Source of the DNA: Candidatus Obscuribacterales bacterium | Lineage (GTDB): Bacteria > Cyanobacteriota > Vampirovibrionia > Obscuribacterales > Obscuribacteraceae | Direction of reading: 5' to 3' | NCBI GenBank assembly: GCA_965228855.1 | Contig: CBDDIJ010000002.1 | Location: 224,001 to 288,000 of the forward strand | DNA: 64,000 nucleotides | In this document: positions 38,145 to 48,398 of the stretch, in pieces | How positions within the stretch are numbered: the stretch's first letter is position 1 | Layout: the number at the start of each line of letters is the position of its first letter | Program-made: the position numbers and the translations under genes | Notes under the pieces: generated by a model | Seen by the model: the letters and a program-made list of their open reading frames with translations, nothing else | Databases searched by the model: none | What the model was told of the DNA's origin: nothing

Positions 38145-39863
38145 ATGAAAACGATACACATCTCGATCAACGCGATGTGCTCGCTGCTCGTGGGTGACCC
38201 CTACAACCCCGGCAGCCAGCCATCCCAAGACGCACGCGCTAAGGCTCGTGCGTACTTCACGGCAATGAAACAGAAGGGCGTCGATGGCATCTCCGCCGAC
38301 TTCTGGTGGGGCCAGATTCAGCCCGAATCCGGTCCAATCGACTGGAGCAAACCCGGCGCCGCCTACTACGACTGGCTCGTCGACACGATCATCGAGTGCG
38401 GACTCAAGGTGGTCCCCATCCTGAGCTTCCATCAGTGCGGTGGCAACGTCGGAGACGACGTCTACGTGCCGATTCCGAAGTGGGTCTGGGAAAAGCTGCA
38501 GCGCATCCTGGGCGACGCGAACTTCGCCAAGTTCAAGTCGGAACAGGGAAATCTCTGCGAAGAGTACGTGTCGTTCTGGGCAACCCACCTGGTTCTCGAC
38601 GACTACGCCGCCTTCGTGAAGTCCTTCCGTGACCACTTCGCTGACCGCGCTGCGCACATCAGCGAGATCAACATCAGCCTGGGGCCGGCCGGCGAACTCC
38701 GCTACCCGTCCTACAACAGCCACGACAAGGGTGTCGATTATCCGACTCGTGGCGCGCTGCAGTGCTACTCGAAGCTGGCCGTGGACTCGTTCCGCGACTG
38801 GGTGCTGAAGAAGTACGGAACGCTGGATGGCGTCGACAAGGCCTGGGGCACCGCGACGGCGAAGGGGCAACCCATTCTGCCGCCGAGCAATCCGCTCCAG
38901 TTCTTCACCGACCGCAACCACGTCAACATGCAGTACGGGATGGACCTGTTCGACTGGTACGCCAACGTGCCTCAGGACCATGCCCGCATGGTTCTGAAGA
39001 AGGTGTTCGAGATTTTGGCGGCCGACGATTCCCCGATGAAGGGCATCGACATCGGCGTCAAGGTTCCGGGCATCCACTGGTTGACGGGAACCTGGGAGTT
39101 CAACGCCCAGATCGCAACCGAGAAGCTGCAGGCGGAGCTTGCGAACATCTGTGCTGAGCAGGCCCGCAACTTCGACGGCAAGACCGACGCCGCAACCTAT
39201 GGCGACCAGCTCGCGAAGAAGCTTGCGCAACACGTGCGCACTCGGACCAAGACCTGGAAGCCGGTGGAAGATGGTGGTTCGATCAAGCTGGGCAGCCGCC
39301 TGGCTGAGCTCGCTGCCGGCCTCATCCGCACCTCGGACAGGGCTGACTGGGAGAGCGACGAAGCCGGTCGCGGCTATCGCCCTCTCATCAAGCTCTTCGC
39401 CGAGTTCGAGGGCAACAAGAACAGCCGACTGGTCATGCACTTCACCTGCCTGGAAATGGCTGACGGTGAGGGCGCTGAGCGGAACGCGAATTCGGTTGCT
39501 CAGTCTCTCGTGTACTGGGTCGGTGCGGAAGCTCACCGGCAGGGCGTTCCCATCAAGGGAGAAAACGCCGTGTCGTGGAATCTGCCTCTGCCCGGCGCAT
39601 GGGAGCGGATGCGTCAGCACCTGCTCGACGCAAGCCTGGATGCGAATGGCGTCCGTCAAGGCTGGTTCGAGGGTCTCACGATCCTCCGCATGAACCACGT
39701 CGCCGACGACCCGGTGGCCGCTGCGGAGATGGTGAAAACCACAGCCTACGCAGCGCAGCTCAACGGCGCCCTGTCGAAGCAGTCCAAGTCCGCGCGGACC
39801 CGTGCCGCCGGCAAGCCCACCACGCCACCGCCTGCGGTGAAGCCTGGAGAGAAGATTGCCTGA
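38145..39863 (+). CDS. beta-amylase (GH14)
   Basis: SFHQCGGNVGDD, GPAGELRYPSY, KVPGIHW, FTCLEM, GENA; AAGGAG SD; no signal peptide. Confidence 0.9.
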   Translation: MKTIHISINAMCSLLVGDPYNPGSQPSQDARAKARAYFTAMKQKGVDGISADFWWGQIQPESGPIDWSKPGAAYYDWLVDTIIECGLKVVPILSFHQCGGNVGDDVYVPIPKWVWEKLQRILGDANFAKFKSEQGNLCEEYVSFWATHLVLDDYAAFVKSFRDHFADRAAHISEINISLGPAGELRYPSYNSHDKGVDYPTRGALQCYSKLAVDSFRDWVLKKYGTLDGVDKAWGTATAKGQPILPPSNPLQFFTDRNHVNMQYGMDLFDWYANVPQDHARMVLKKVFEILAADDSPMKGIDIGVKVPGIHWLTGTWEFNAQIATEKLQAELANICAEQARNFDGKTDAATYGDQLAKKLAQHVRTRTKTWKPVEDGGSIKLGSRLAELAAGLIRTSDRADWESDEAGRGYRPLIKLFAEFEGNKNSRLVMHFTCLEMADGEGAERNANSVAQSLVYWVGAEAHRQGVPIKGENAVSWNLPLPGAWERMRQHLLDASLDANGVRQGWFEGLTILRMNHVADDPVAAAEMVKTTAYAAQLNGALSKQSKSARTRAAGKPTTPPPAVKPGEKIA

Positions 39864-40039
39864 GCCAGCCGTGAGGCTCGCGTAAGGCGAGTTTGCACCT
39901 GGAGAGGAGCGGTCGCCGACGAACATCGGTGATGCGCTCCTCTTCGGCGTGCGAGCTGAGAACCGTAGAGTACACGCGCTCCTCCAACACCCTGGGGAGC
40001 GGCTCCGTGTTAACCGAGGGTCAGAAGGGGAGTTCTATT

Positions 40040-42169
40040 ATGAAAAACAGAATTATAGACGAACTCGTAACTGCCGTCGGCTCCCCTGAGCCTCTCGGAG
40101 CTACGGTTCAGACAACCGGCATCAACTTCGCCGTCCGTTCGGGCGCCGACTCGATGTCCATCAACCTGTTCGCTCACGCCGATGATGTCGAGCCCAAGAA
40201 AGTGGTGCCGATGCACAAGACGGGCGACGTGTTCCACGTCTTCGTCGAGAGCCTGGGCGATCGCACGATGTACAACATCACCGCCCATGGTGCCTGGGAA
40301 CCCAAAGCCGGCAAGCGCTACAACGCCGGAATCCAGCTCATCGACCCGGAAGCACGGATGGTGACCGGCACTCGCAACTGGTTCGCACCGTTCGGTTACG
40401 ACAACAGCAACCCGCAGGACCCGGACCGCCATCTGCGCATGGGACCGAAACCGACCACCGCGACGCCGAAATGCGTTGCGCTGGCGAGTTCGACTTTCGA
40501 CTGGGAAGGCGACACGGCGCCCGATACGCCGCTCGTCGAAACGGTCGTCTACGAAGTCGCCGTCGCAGGCTTCACCGGTCACAAGAACAGTCCGGTCAAG
40601 AAGTTCCGCGGCACCTACCTCGGTTTCATCGAGATGATTCCGCACCTCAAGCGGCTCGGCGTCACTGCGGTCGAGCTTCTGCCGGTGATGTCCTGGTACC
40701 GCAAGACGCAGTTCAAGGACCCGGTCACCGGCGCGGAACTGGAGAACGAGTGGGGCTACATGACCATCGCGTTCGGCGCGCCGGACGAAGGTCTCGCCAC
40801 CATCCCCGGTGCCGAAGTCAACGAGTTCAAAATGCTCGTTCGGGCTCTGCACAAGGCCGGCATCGAAGTGATTCTGGACATCGTGTTCAACCACAGTCCG
40901 GAATCCCACGAGTACGGTCCGACTCTGAGCCTCCGCGGTCTGGACAACAGGACGTACTACCTGCTGGTGCCCAACCAGCTGGACAAGCACTTCCTGGAGG
41001 ACGGCAGCCTGCCGCTCAACTACTCCGGCTGCGGCAACACCCTCAACTGCAACGAGCCGCACGTGCGCGCCCTGATTCTGCGCGTGCTGCGACGCTGGGT
41101 CGAGGAGTTCCATGTCGATGGCTTCCGCTTCGACCTGGCAGCGGTCTTCGGCATCGACTGCGACCTCTCGGTCAAGCCCGATGCTCCGGTGATCGTTGAA
41201 ATCGCCAGAGACCCCGTTCTCCACAAGGTGAAGCTGATCGCCGAACCGTGGAGCGTGGGTGTTTATCTCATGGGGCGCTTCCCGGCTCCGTGGTCGGAAT
41301 GGTGCGGTCGATATCGCGACACCGTGCGTGCCTTCGTTCGAGGCGAAGCCGGCCAGGTCGCGATGCTCGCCACGTCGCTCGCCGGTTCGCAAGACTGGTT
41401 CGGCGATGGTTCGCGCCGTCGAGTGCCAGTCAACTTCGTCACCGCCCATGATGGCTTCTCGTTGTGGGACCTCGTGTCTTACGACAACAAGCACAATGTG
41501 GCGAACGGGGAAAACGGCAACGATGGCGAAAGCCACAACCGGAGCTGGAATTGCGGCTACGAAGGCGACCTCGCCAACGCGCCGTTGTCGGACGACGAGA
41601 AGAAACGCATCGACGCGCTGCGCCGCAAGCAGGTCAAGAATTTCCTGACCCTGCTCATGGTCAGCCGCGGTGTGCCGATGATCGTCTACGGCGACGAGAT
41701 GGGTCGGACCAACGGCGGCAACAACAATCCGTGGTGCCAGCACGAGCTCAACCAGCTTGACTGGAACCTGCTCGAGCAGAACCCGGATCTATTCCGTTTC
41801 GCCAGCATGATGATCGATTTCCGCAAGAGGCACTACCTCGGCGGACGCGGGCACAAGCCGGTCTTTCGGCCGCTCGCGTGGCACGGCGTCGCACCCAACA
41901 AGCCGGACTTCAGCACGGGCACTCGATTCATCGCAGTCGAGCTCGGGCAGTTCACGGCTCAAGGCGTCGACCCGGACCAGGCGGTCTACGTTGCGACGAA
42001 CGGTTACTGGGAGCCGATTCCGGTAAAACTGCCTGCCGGTAACTGGCACCGCATCGTCGACACGAACCTCGCTTCCGGCGCGGACATCGTGGAAGACGAC
42101 AACGCCACCGCTCTTGGTGGCGAGTACATCCTGCAGCCGCGCTCGACCATCGTGCTTGTGCGGAAGTAG
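40040..42169 (+). CDS. glgX: glycogen debranching enzyme / isoamylase (GH13)
   Basis: PLGAT..., VILDIVFNH, NYSGCGNTLNCN, DGFRFDLA, IAEPW, NFVTAHDGFSLWD. Confidence 0.93.
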   Translation: MKNRIIDELVTAVGSPEPLGATVQTTGINFAVRSGADSMSINLFAHADDVEPKKVVPMHKTGDVFHVFVESLGDRTMYNITAHGAWEPKAGKRYNAGIQLIDPEARMVTGTRNWFAPFGYDNSNPQDPDRHLRMGPKPTTATPKCVALASSTFDWEGDTAPDTPLVETVVYEVAVAGFTGHKNSPVKKFRGTYLGFIEMIPHLKRLGVTAVELLPVMSWYRKTQFKDPVTGAELENEWGYMTIAFGAPDEGLATIPGAEVNEFKMLVRALHKAGIEVILDIVFNHSPESHEYGPTLSLRGLDNRTYYLLVPNQLDKHFLEDGSLPLNYSGCGNTLNCNEPHVRALILRVLRRWVEEFHVDGFRFDLAAVFGIDCDLSVKPDAPVIVEIARDPVLHKVKLIAEPWSVGVYLMGRFPAPWSEWCGRYRDTVRAFVRGEAGQVAMLATSLAGSQDWFGDGSRRRVPVNFVTAHDGFSLWDLVSYDNKHNVANGENGNDGESHNRSWNCGYEGDLANAPLSDDEKKRIDALRRKQVKNFLTLLMVSRGVPMIVYGDEMGRTNGGNNNPWCQHELNQLDWNLLEQNPDLFRFASMMIDFRKRHYLGGRGHKPVFRPLAWHGVAPNKPDFSTGTRFIAVELGQFTAQGVDPDQAVYVATNGYWEPIPVKLPAGNWHRIVDTNLASGADIVEDDNATALGGEYILQPRSTIVLVRK

Positions 42170-42409
42170 GAACGGCTGTGCGCCGGAGACTCTGCAGCAA
42201 TGCAGCCTGTCTCCGGCGCGACGCGCTCGGGATGCAAATCCACGCGCGAGGTGGCAAGCGATGAGCTTGCCGTGGACAGTGAGAGCCGTCATGTCAAACG
42301 ACTGACGACTCGGGATTCTCTAACAACGGCTCCGCGGAATGTTTCCGCGTCGCCAAACCCAGACCAGACGAACCGAGGGAAGTTCTTCCTCACAACCGGA
42401 GAAAAAATT

Positions 42410-42835
42410 ATGTCCAACAAGCAGCAGCACCTGTCTTGCGTCGCCCGCGGCAACGGCTTCATCCCGGTCGCCGACGCCACCTACTTCATCGACAACGAGC
42501 CGGTCCACACCGGGCTCTTCGAGATGATCGGCGACAGCCTCCAGCCGGTGCACAACACCGACACCTCCCTGCGCGTGCGCACCTGCGTGCTCCGTGAGCG
42601 CCACCCCGACATCAAGGGCGACCGCCACTACCGCGCCATCGAGGACGTGTTCCCGCCGACCGAGGGCAACGAGGACCGCTACGTCGGCATCTTCGAGTCC
42701 TACGAGGACCGCATCAAGGGCTCGGTGTCCATGCCGGTCACGCTGACCTGCTTCACGCCGGTCCACGCGTTCAAGACCGACAAGGGTCCCGACCAGTACT
42801 ACGGCGCCGCCGCCCGCGCCAAGCGCGCCGCCTGA
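42410..42835 (+). CDS. hypothetical protein
   Basis: GGAG SD, extreme GC3 bias. Confidence 0.75.
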   Translation: MSNKQQHLSCVARGNGFIPVADATYFIDNEPVHTGLFEMIGDSLQPVHNTDTSLRVRTCVLRERHPDIKGDRHYRAIEDVFPPTEGNEDRYVGIFESYEDRIKGSVSMPVTLTCFTPVHAFKTDKGPDQYYGAAARAKRAA

Positions 42836-42851
42836 CGGCAAGCCTGAGGGC

Positions 42852-42885
42852 AAGAGCGTCATCGCAACCCAGCGATGGCGCTCTT
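42852..42885. terminator. hairpin at the 3' end of the amylase cluster
   Basis: AAGAGCGTCATCGC / GCGATGGCGCTCTT stem. Confidence 0.6.
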
Positions 42886-42902
42886 CGCCTTTCCACTTCA
42901 GT

Positions 42903-43202
42903 CTACTAGATCATACAGGATTCACAGAACCCGAAAACACAAGCCCAGAGAGGGTATTCGGCATGTCAGGTTCTACCGCGGTTAGATTTGTCTACGTGAC
43001 GATGCCACTTTTCGGAGATTCCGTCGCTCTCAGATAGCCAGGACTCACGGCCTACTACAGTGCTTGTCTACGCCACGATGCCACTTTTCGGAGAATCCGT
43101 CGCTCTCAGATAGCCAAATCAAAGTACCCGTTCGACGGCATGTCCCAAAACCGCCTACCTGAGGCAACTTCCGACGATAGCTTGTCCTATATTTGCTAGT
43201 AG
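42903..43202. promoter_or_regulatory. module with two tandem palindromic elements (42987-43042, 43063-43118) and outward TAGTAG motifs (42903-42922 minus, 43183-43202 plus)
   Basis: TTGTCTACG..ACGATGCCACTTTTCGGAGA.TCCGTCGCTCTCAGATAGCCA duplicated; each motif 84 bp from its nearest element. Confidence 0.75.
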
Positions 43203-43223
43203 GTAGCCTGGGTGGACAAATCG

Positions 43224-43276
43224 GGGTGAGGACAGGCGCTTGGTTGCCGAAGCAGCCTTGCGCCTGTACCTCACCC
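43224..43276. terminator. hairpin at the 3' end of the patatin gene
   Basis: GGGTGAGG.ACAGGCGC...GCGCCTGT.CCTCACCC imperfect stem. Confidence 0.55.
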
Positions 43277-43294
43277 GTCTCCTAAGTATCTTCA

Positions 43295-44290
43295 TCAGCT
43301 CAGCCCCTGCGAGCCCATGAAGCCGCGGACAAGAGCCACCAACTGACCGAAATCAGCACAGTGGCTCAGCGGGTTCAAACCTTCCTGGAACGCATGGCTG
43401 TGCGCGCTCAGTTCGATGACTGCAGCGTTGAAGCCAGCCAACAGCCCCGCCACTTTCTGACCTTCGGTGAGCCGAAAGCGCATGGCGTGGACTTCGGCAA
43501 CGTGTGCGTTGATGTTGATGTCGGCCTTGCCGTCGTCCGCCAGTTCGATCCGGTCGGAGTCATGGCAGAGAAGCTTGCGGCCGACACGGCACAGGAAGTT
43601 GTTTTTGCGCGAATCTTTGCCGGTAGACGCGACTCGCACAATGGTACCCTGGGCGCCCATGAAGTGCTGCTGAACCACAGATGCGGGACAGCCACCCAAC
43701 GGGCTCAGAGCACCGTCGAACAGGAACCGGCCCATATAAGGAACAGCTTCCAGCAGGCCGGGAATCGCGCACGTTGCCCTGATTGCCAGCGACAGCGGAG
43801 CAGGCTCCTCAGACAGCACGTTGTAGCTGCCGTCGAAACCGTACTCGAACACGCCGGAGGCAGTGAACAGGATATGCGAATTCTCGGTGAGAGCCATCGT
43901 CCAGAAGGACTCCGGCCACTCTTTCACCTGCGCATCGATCAGTTCGCCCAGCCCATCCGTGTGACGCATGCCGCGACGCAGCAGGCGAGCGATGAACTTG
44001 TGAGCGACGCTGCGCTTGCCGTCGAGTTCGGTGGCGAACGAACGCAGAGGTCCGGTGTCACCGCTGGCGGGGCGCAACAGTTTGAGGAAATCGAGAGCCA
44101 TGGTGGTCTCGATGATACGAAGCGGATCGGCGTTGTCAGCCAGGAGCAGTGCCGGGATAGCACCGCCGCTGATACCACCAATCGAGCTCCAGCTTTTCAG
44201 ACCAGCGAGCTTGATGGCGAGCGTAGCGCCCAACCCGGTGAGGATTGCGCGCGACCCGCCCTGCTCGATGACGAGATGACGGTTATTCAT
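43295..44290 (-). CDS. patatin-like phospholipase
   Basis: QGGSRA oxyanion loop, GISGG nucleophile, ATCAIPG, FDGA. Confidence 0.85.
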   Translation of the reverse strand: MNNRHLVIEQGGSRAILTGLGATLAIKLAGLKSWSSIGGISGGAIPALLLADNADPLRIIETTMALDFLKLLRPASGDTGPLRSFATELDGKRSVAHKFIARLLRRGMRHTDGLGELIDAQVKEWPESFWTMALTENSHILFTASGVFEYGFDGSYNVLSEEPAPLSLAIRATCAIPGLLEAVPYMGRFLFDGALSPLGGCPASVVQQHFMGAQGTIVRVASTGKDSRKNNFLCRVGRKLLCHDSDRIELADDGKADININAHVAEVHAMRFRLTEGQKVAGLLAGFNAAVIELSAHSHAFQEGLNPLSHCADFGQLVALVRGFMGSQGLS

Positions 44291-44524
44291 AATGTCCTCC
44301 TAAGACTATCGCCGACCAACAGCAGTCGACGAAGAAGCGAACCCGCGCAGGCGCCGTGAGTCCGCTTGGACATCACGACTGCGTCAGCCCGGGGCGAACG
44401 TTCGCTTGCGCTTTCGGCGGAAGCGATATCGTCCTGAGAAAAGTAGGTGCATGCGGTTCCTTTCAAACAGTTGCGTTCCTCGGGTGAAACACCGGCGATT
44501 GCTCGCCGATGTTTCTGTTTAATC

Positions 44525-45433
44525 TCAGTCCTTCATCTCAATCACGCGCGTCGAACCCGGACCGAAACCCAGGAACGCGATCATTGCGAAGAAGACGCCG
44601 AAGATAACCCAGCAGATGCCGGTGATGGATTCACGCGTGGTTTTGGTTTCCCACATCATGTTTCCGCGGGTCTGCTGGTAGATCATCGAAAGAGCGGACT
44701 GGACGCCCTTCGCATCGCTCGCCTGGAACAATGCGAACGGCGAGTCGCCGAGCTGCTCGACGAAGTCGCGGATGAAACGACCTTCTGCCGGTGCTTTGGC
44801 GGCGGCGTTGCCGACCTCGACGAGGAAGACCTCGACGTGCAGTCGGGCGAGTTCCGCGGCAATCTTGGTGGGCTGGTCGAAGTACATGATGCCCTCACCG
44901 TCGGTGAAGACCACGAGCACTCGCTGTTCCGAACCACCCGCTGCGCGAAACTGTTCGAGCGCCGAGGCGAAGCCCGGATCGAACCGACCGACGCCGTAGT
45001 CGAACGGCAGCTTGGTCGCGTCTGCAGGCAGTTTGGCACCACCCGCCGAAATCGGCGCGATGATCCTTGCGGTTTCACCGAAAAGCGTCAGGCCGTATCC
45101 GGCTTCAGGACGCCCTGCGGAGAAATCACGAAGACCTTGAACTGCGAGTTCGGCGCGCGTGGGCAGGCCGCTAGCTGCGCGCTGCGACATCGAACCGGAC
45201 TCGTCCACGAGAGCGACGATGTTGACCGGCTGCGGCACGCGCACGTTCTCATGATTCACGACGTATGGTTGCGCCAGGGCAAAGACCAGCGCGGTACCGA
45301 GGATGCTGACCATGAGCGGCCACATCGAGACCACGCGCGAGCGTCGAGTCGAGTAGTCGGAACGGGTCGGAATGAGCATCAGGACGAAAAACACGAGGCA
45401 CGCGAAGAAATATTCCGGATGAATGGCTTGCAT
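44525..45433 (-). CDS. VWA-domain membrane protein (BatA/BatB-like)
   Basis: N-terminal TMs, ALAQP, MIDAS DESGSM, FTDGE, C-terminal TM. Confidence 0.8.
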   Translation of the reverse strand: MQAIHPEYFFACLVFFVLMLIPTRSDYSTRRSRVVSMWPLMVSILGTALVFALAQPYVVNHENVRVPQPVNIVALVDESGSMSQRAASGLPTRAELAVQGLRDFSAGRPEAGYGLTLFGETARIIAPISAGGAKLPADATKLPFDYGVGRFDPGFASALEQFRAAGGSEQRVLVVFTDGEGIMYFDQPTKIAAELARLHVEVFLVEVGNAAAKAPAEGRFIRDFVEQLGDSPFALFQASDAKGVQSALSMIYQQTRGNMMWETKTTRESITGICWVIFGVFFAMIAFLGFGPGSTRVIEMKD

Positions 45434-45567
45434 GGTACGGTTCCTCTCGAACTTAACCACGAGTGATCTTATCGACCGCATCCAGCAGTCGAAGGCGAAA
45501 TGCAAAGGTGGCACCGGCAAGCAAGAATGCCTGCCGGCGCCGAAATTGACAGTTCAGTTCGCCGGCA

Positions 45568-45747
45568 TCAGCCGCCGAACAACCAGCTGAGCACGCCGAT
45601 TGCGATTCCGAGGAACCCGATCAGGGTCAGGGCATTGGCGAGATTGAACAGCGCCTTGTTGCGCATGCCGTCAGCCGCCTGAGCGACGAACAACGACACG
45701 ACCATCATGACGACGCCGACAACCGTGATCCATCCGATGATGGTCAT
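45568..45747 (-). CDS. small two-TM membrane protein (59 aa), not in the ORF track
   Basis: MTIIGWITVVGVVMMVVSLFVAQAADGMRNKALFNLANALTLIGFLGIAIGVLSWLFGG; AAAGG SD. Confidence 0.65.
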   Translation of the reverse strand: MTIIGWITVVGVVMMVVSLFVAQAADGMRNKALFNLANALTLIGFLGIAIGVLSWLFGG

Positions 45748-45883
45748 GGTTTGAAACCTTTTGGACCGCTGAAAACAGCCTCACCAGCTCGCGGTCCGGA
45801 GCCGATGAGAGCAGCGGGCTGAAGAAACGGCGACGGCAACGTTCCCGAGTCACCTCGAGGCAACGCCACCGCCGCCGACACCA

Positions 45884-46141
45884 TCAGTCGTAGCTGAACC
45901 AGTACGCCTCCATCACCCTGAGCACTTCCGCGGTCACAGGGAACTCAGGCGTGGACGGGATGACGGAGTCTATGCCGCACTTGGCGCACACAGCTGTGGT
46001 TCCGCGGTCCGTCCATTCCTTTATCTCATGTGGCGCGTAGATCTCCAGGCAGTGGAAGCAGCCGCAGGTCGCAGCCTTGTTGAGCTCCTCGCGGTTGTGT
46101 GTGCACCGCGCATGAGCAGCCTTCTGGTCGAATTGATGCAT
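45884..46141 (-). CDS. small conserved Cys-rich cytoplasmic protein
   Basis: CGCFHC...I.EW.D...TA.C.KCGIDSVI motif. Confidence 0.8.
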   Translation of the reverse strand: MHQFDQKAAHARCTHNREELNKAATCGCFHCLEIYAPHEIKEWTDRGTTAVCAKCGIDSVIPSTPEFPVTAEVLRVMEAYWFSYD

Positions 46142-46462
46142 GTTCTTGGTCCCTGGTCAGTCCATCAACAGCGCGCCTGACGACAGCCGAAGCCATCGCC
46201 TGACCTCACACGGTCGCACACAAGCGGCTTCAGTTCGGAGAACCTGAACCGCCTGTGGTGGCGCACCTGATGGCGAAAAGTGACCGACCTAACTGCTATC
46301 GATTCGCATGGCTCTCCTTTCTTGAGAGTTGATGTCGGATACCGCTCACCCTTTCCGACTGAAACCGCGAACGCACTCGCGAGAATGCGGACGCGGCGCC
46401 GGATGCAGCTGAGCGGTCACCCGGCTACAGGCAGCACAAGGCTGCGTGTAGCCTGACGGCCT

Positions 46463-46810
46463 TCAACGGCAGTCGTAGCGGTAGCCGACGAAGCGGTCCC
46501 AACGGTCGTAGATCGGGATGCGGACCTGCGTGCAGGGGCGCTGGTAGCGCGGCTGCGAACGCTGATAGCGCGGGTAGTCGCGCTGGTAGTGACGCTCGTT
46601 CTCGAAGGTCTGCTGGTCGCCGATCAGCCCACCGCCGATGGCGCCGATGGCAGCACCGGCAGCAGCACCGCCGACGTCGCCGGTTGCGGCACCGCCGATG
46701 ATGGCACCGCCGATGGCACCGATCGTACCGTACTGCTGGCCGAGGGGAGTGGCGCAGCCGCCGAGGAACAGAACGGACAGCAGGGAGAGGGAGACGAGGA
46801 TTTTACGCAT
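46463..46810 (-). CDS. glycine-zipper lipoprotein
   Basis: FLGGC lipobox; GAIGGAIIGG...GAAIGAIGGGLIG. Confidence 0.8.
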   Translation of the reverse strand: MRKILVSLSLLSVLFLGGCATPLGQQYGTIGAIGGAIIGGAATGDVGGAAAGAAIGAIGGGLIGDQQTFENERHYQRDYPRYQRSQPRYQRPCTQVRIPIYDRWDRFVGYRYDCR

Positions 46811-47057
46811 GATTGCTCCAGACCCGAAAAGGGTCGATGTGGTTGTGGGAAATTTGAGTCCGAACTTGAGTCCGGACAACTGTTCCGCCACGTCAGTATC
46901 AACGTCGCGGATAAACACCGAACAGCAGGAACTGCTCGGTTCGAAACGAGCGCCCGAAGACGCTCGCTCCGAGATCAGCTTGCAGGCAGTTTTCCGAGCT
47001 CCGAAAAGGAGCAGCGAAACTTACCGTGCAAGCGGTTTCACTTCAGGCGATGGCGCC

Positions 47058-47693
47058 TTACTTGTTCTTGCCGCCGGGGACCTGCATGGGCTCGTCGACG
47101 CCGGTCTCGAACGCCTGCTTGGTGTCCGAGGTCAGCACGATGACGTACATCTGGTCGAGAGCGGCCTGGCCCGACTTGACGTTCGAGCCGATGCGCGCCT
47201 TGAGGGCGTCGGACGGGAAGAACTTGCCGAGGAAGAAGGACTTGATGAGCCCTTCCTGGCGCCAGTAGTCGTAGGCCTGCAGCATGCCGATCAGCTTCGA
47301 CTGCTTCTGCTTGTAGCTCTCGCGGCCGGCCTTGACGAAGTCGACGATCCGGTCGTAGAGGTCGAGCTGACCCTTGAGGTCCGGATAGGCTTCGGTGATC
47401 GCCGAGAACATGGCGCCGCCGGTGCCGGGCTGCATCTTGCCCTCGTAGCGCCCCTTGACCGCGTCCTCGAGGATCTGGTCGAGCTTGTCGGACTTCAGGT
47501 TGGCGACGCCGACCTGCTCGTAGAACGAGGACTTGAACGAGGACAGCTCGTTCTGGTTGTCGAGGTACTGCGCGTTGAGGCCGGTCTCCATGCGGATGCC
47601 TTCGTTGCGCATGCTGTTGACGGTGCCATAGAGGCTGATCGCACCGAACACGAGGGCGCCGATGACGCCGAGAGTGATGAGAAGACCCTTCAT
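47058..47693 (-). CDS. LemA-like single-TM protein, paralog A
   Basis: N-terminal TM then helical domain (AITEAYPDLKG); AGGAG SD. Confidence 0.7.
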   Translation of the reverse strand: MKGLLITLGVIGALVFGAISLYGTVNSMRNEGIRMETGLNAQYLDNQNELSSFKSSFYEQVGVANLKSDKLDQILEDAVKGRYEGKMQPGTGGAMFSAITEAYPDLKGQLDLYDRIVDFVKAGRESYKQKQSKLIGMLQAYDYWRQEGLIKSFFLGKFFPSDALKARIGSNVKSGQAALDQMYVIVLTSDTKQAFETGVDEPMQVPGGKNK

Positions 47694-47833
47694 TGCAATT
47701 CTCCTGATGGAAGTTGGGAGTGACGCGCACAGCACCGCAGATGGTGCCCGAAGCGCCAGATGGATTTCACACGCCGTCCGCTGCAAACTCTGACGAGAAA
47801 GCTACAAAGCGGCGAAACGAGAACGAACGGACG

Positions 47834-48220
47834 CTAGTCGATCCGAGGATTGGCGACCGAGGGACCGAGAACCTTGTAGCCGAAGCCGCTGGCGAACCCG
47901 ATGAAGAGCACGCTGACGGCAACCATGAACAGACTTGAAGCCGAATCGATCACGCCGCCACCGAGCGCGAAGACGGCGGCGAGCAGGATGGCATAGATGA
48001 CGAGCGTGGTCATCATCCCGGAGAATACCGGACGATGCGCGCCGGCGAAGGAGACGATGCAGCCGACCACGGTTCCGATCACGGCACCGACGATAGCCGG
48101 ACGGCTGAGCAACACGGCATCCGAGAGCACGACCGACCCGTAGGCGATCACGTTGACGATGACCTGAGCGACAGCGCAACCCATAGCGCTGCCGAGAATT
48201 CCTGTGAACTTGTTTTTCAT
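47834..48220 (-). CDS. hypothetical four-TM membrane protein
   Basis: Hydrophobic 128-aa ORF with GC3 bias. Confidence 0.65.
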   Translation of the reverse strand: MKNKFTGILGSAMGCAVAQVIVNVIAYGSVVLSDAVLLSRPAIVGAVIGTVVGCIVSFAGAHRPVFSGMMTTLVIYAILLAAVFALGGGVIDSASSLFMVAVSVLFIGFASGFGYKVLGPSVANPRID

Positions 48221-48398
48221 AGCGAGAATCCCGCTGTTCGACGTTTCGTTTGCCGAATAGATTCGGCGGTGAGGCACTTCCGAAACGGATGAGATGACAC
48301 GTTTGCCACCACCATCCGCCTGTAACTGTTCGTCATTCGGTCGGCACCGGTAGCGATGGATGATACCACCACCACCGGTACCAAACACGCAAGGAAGC

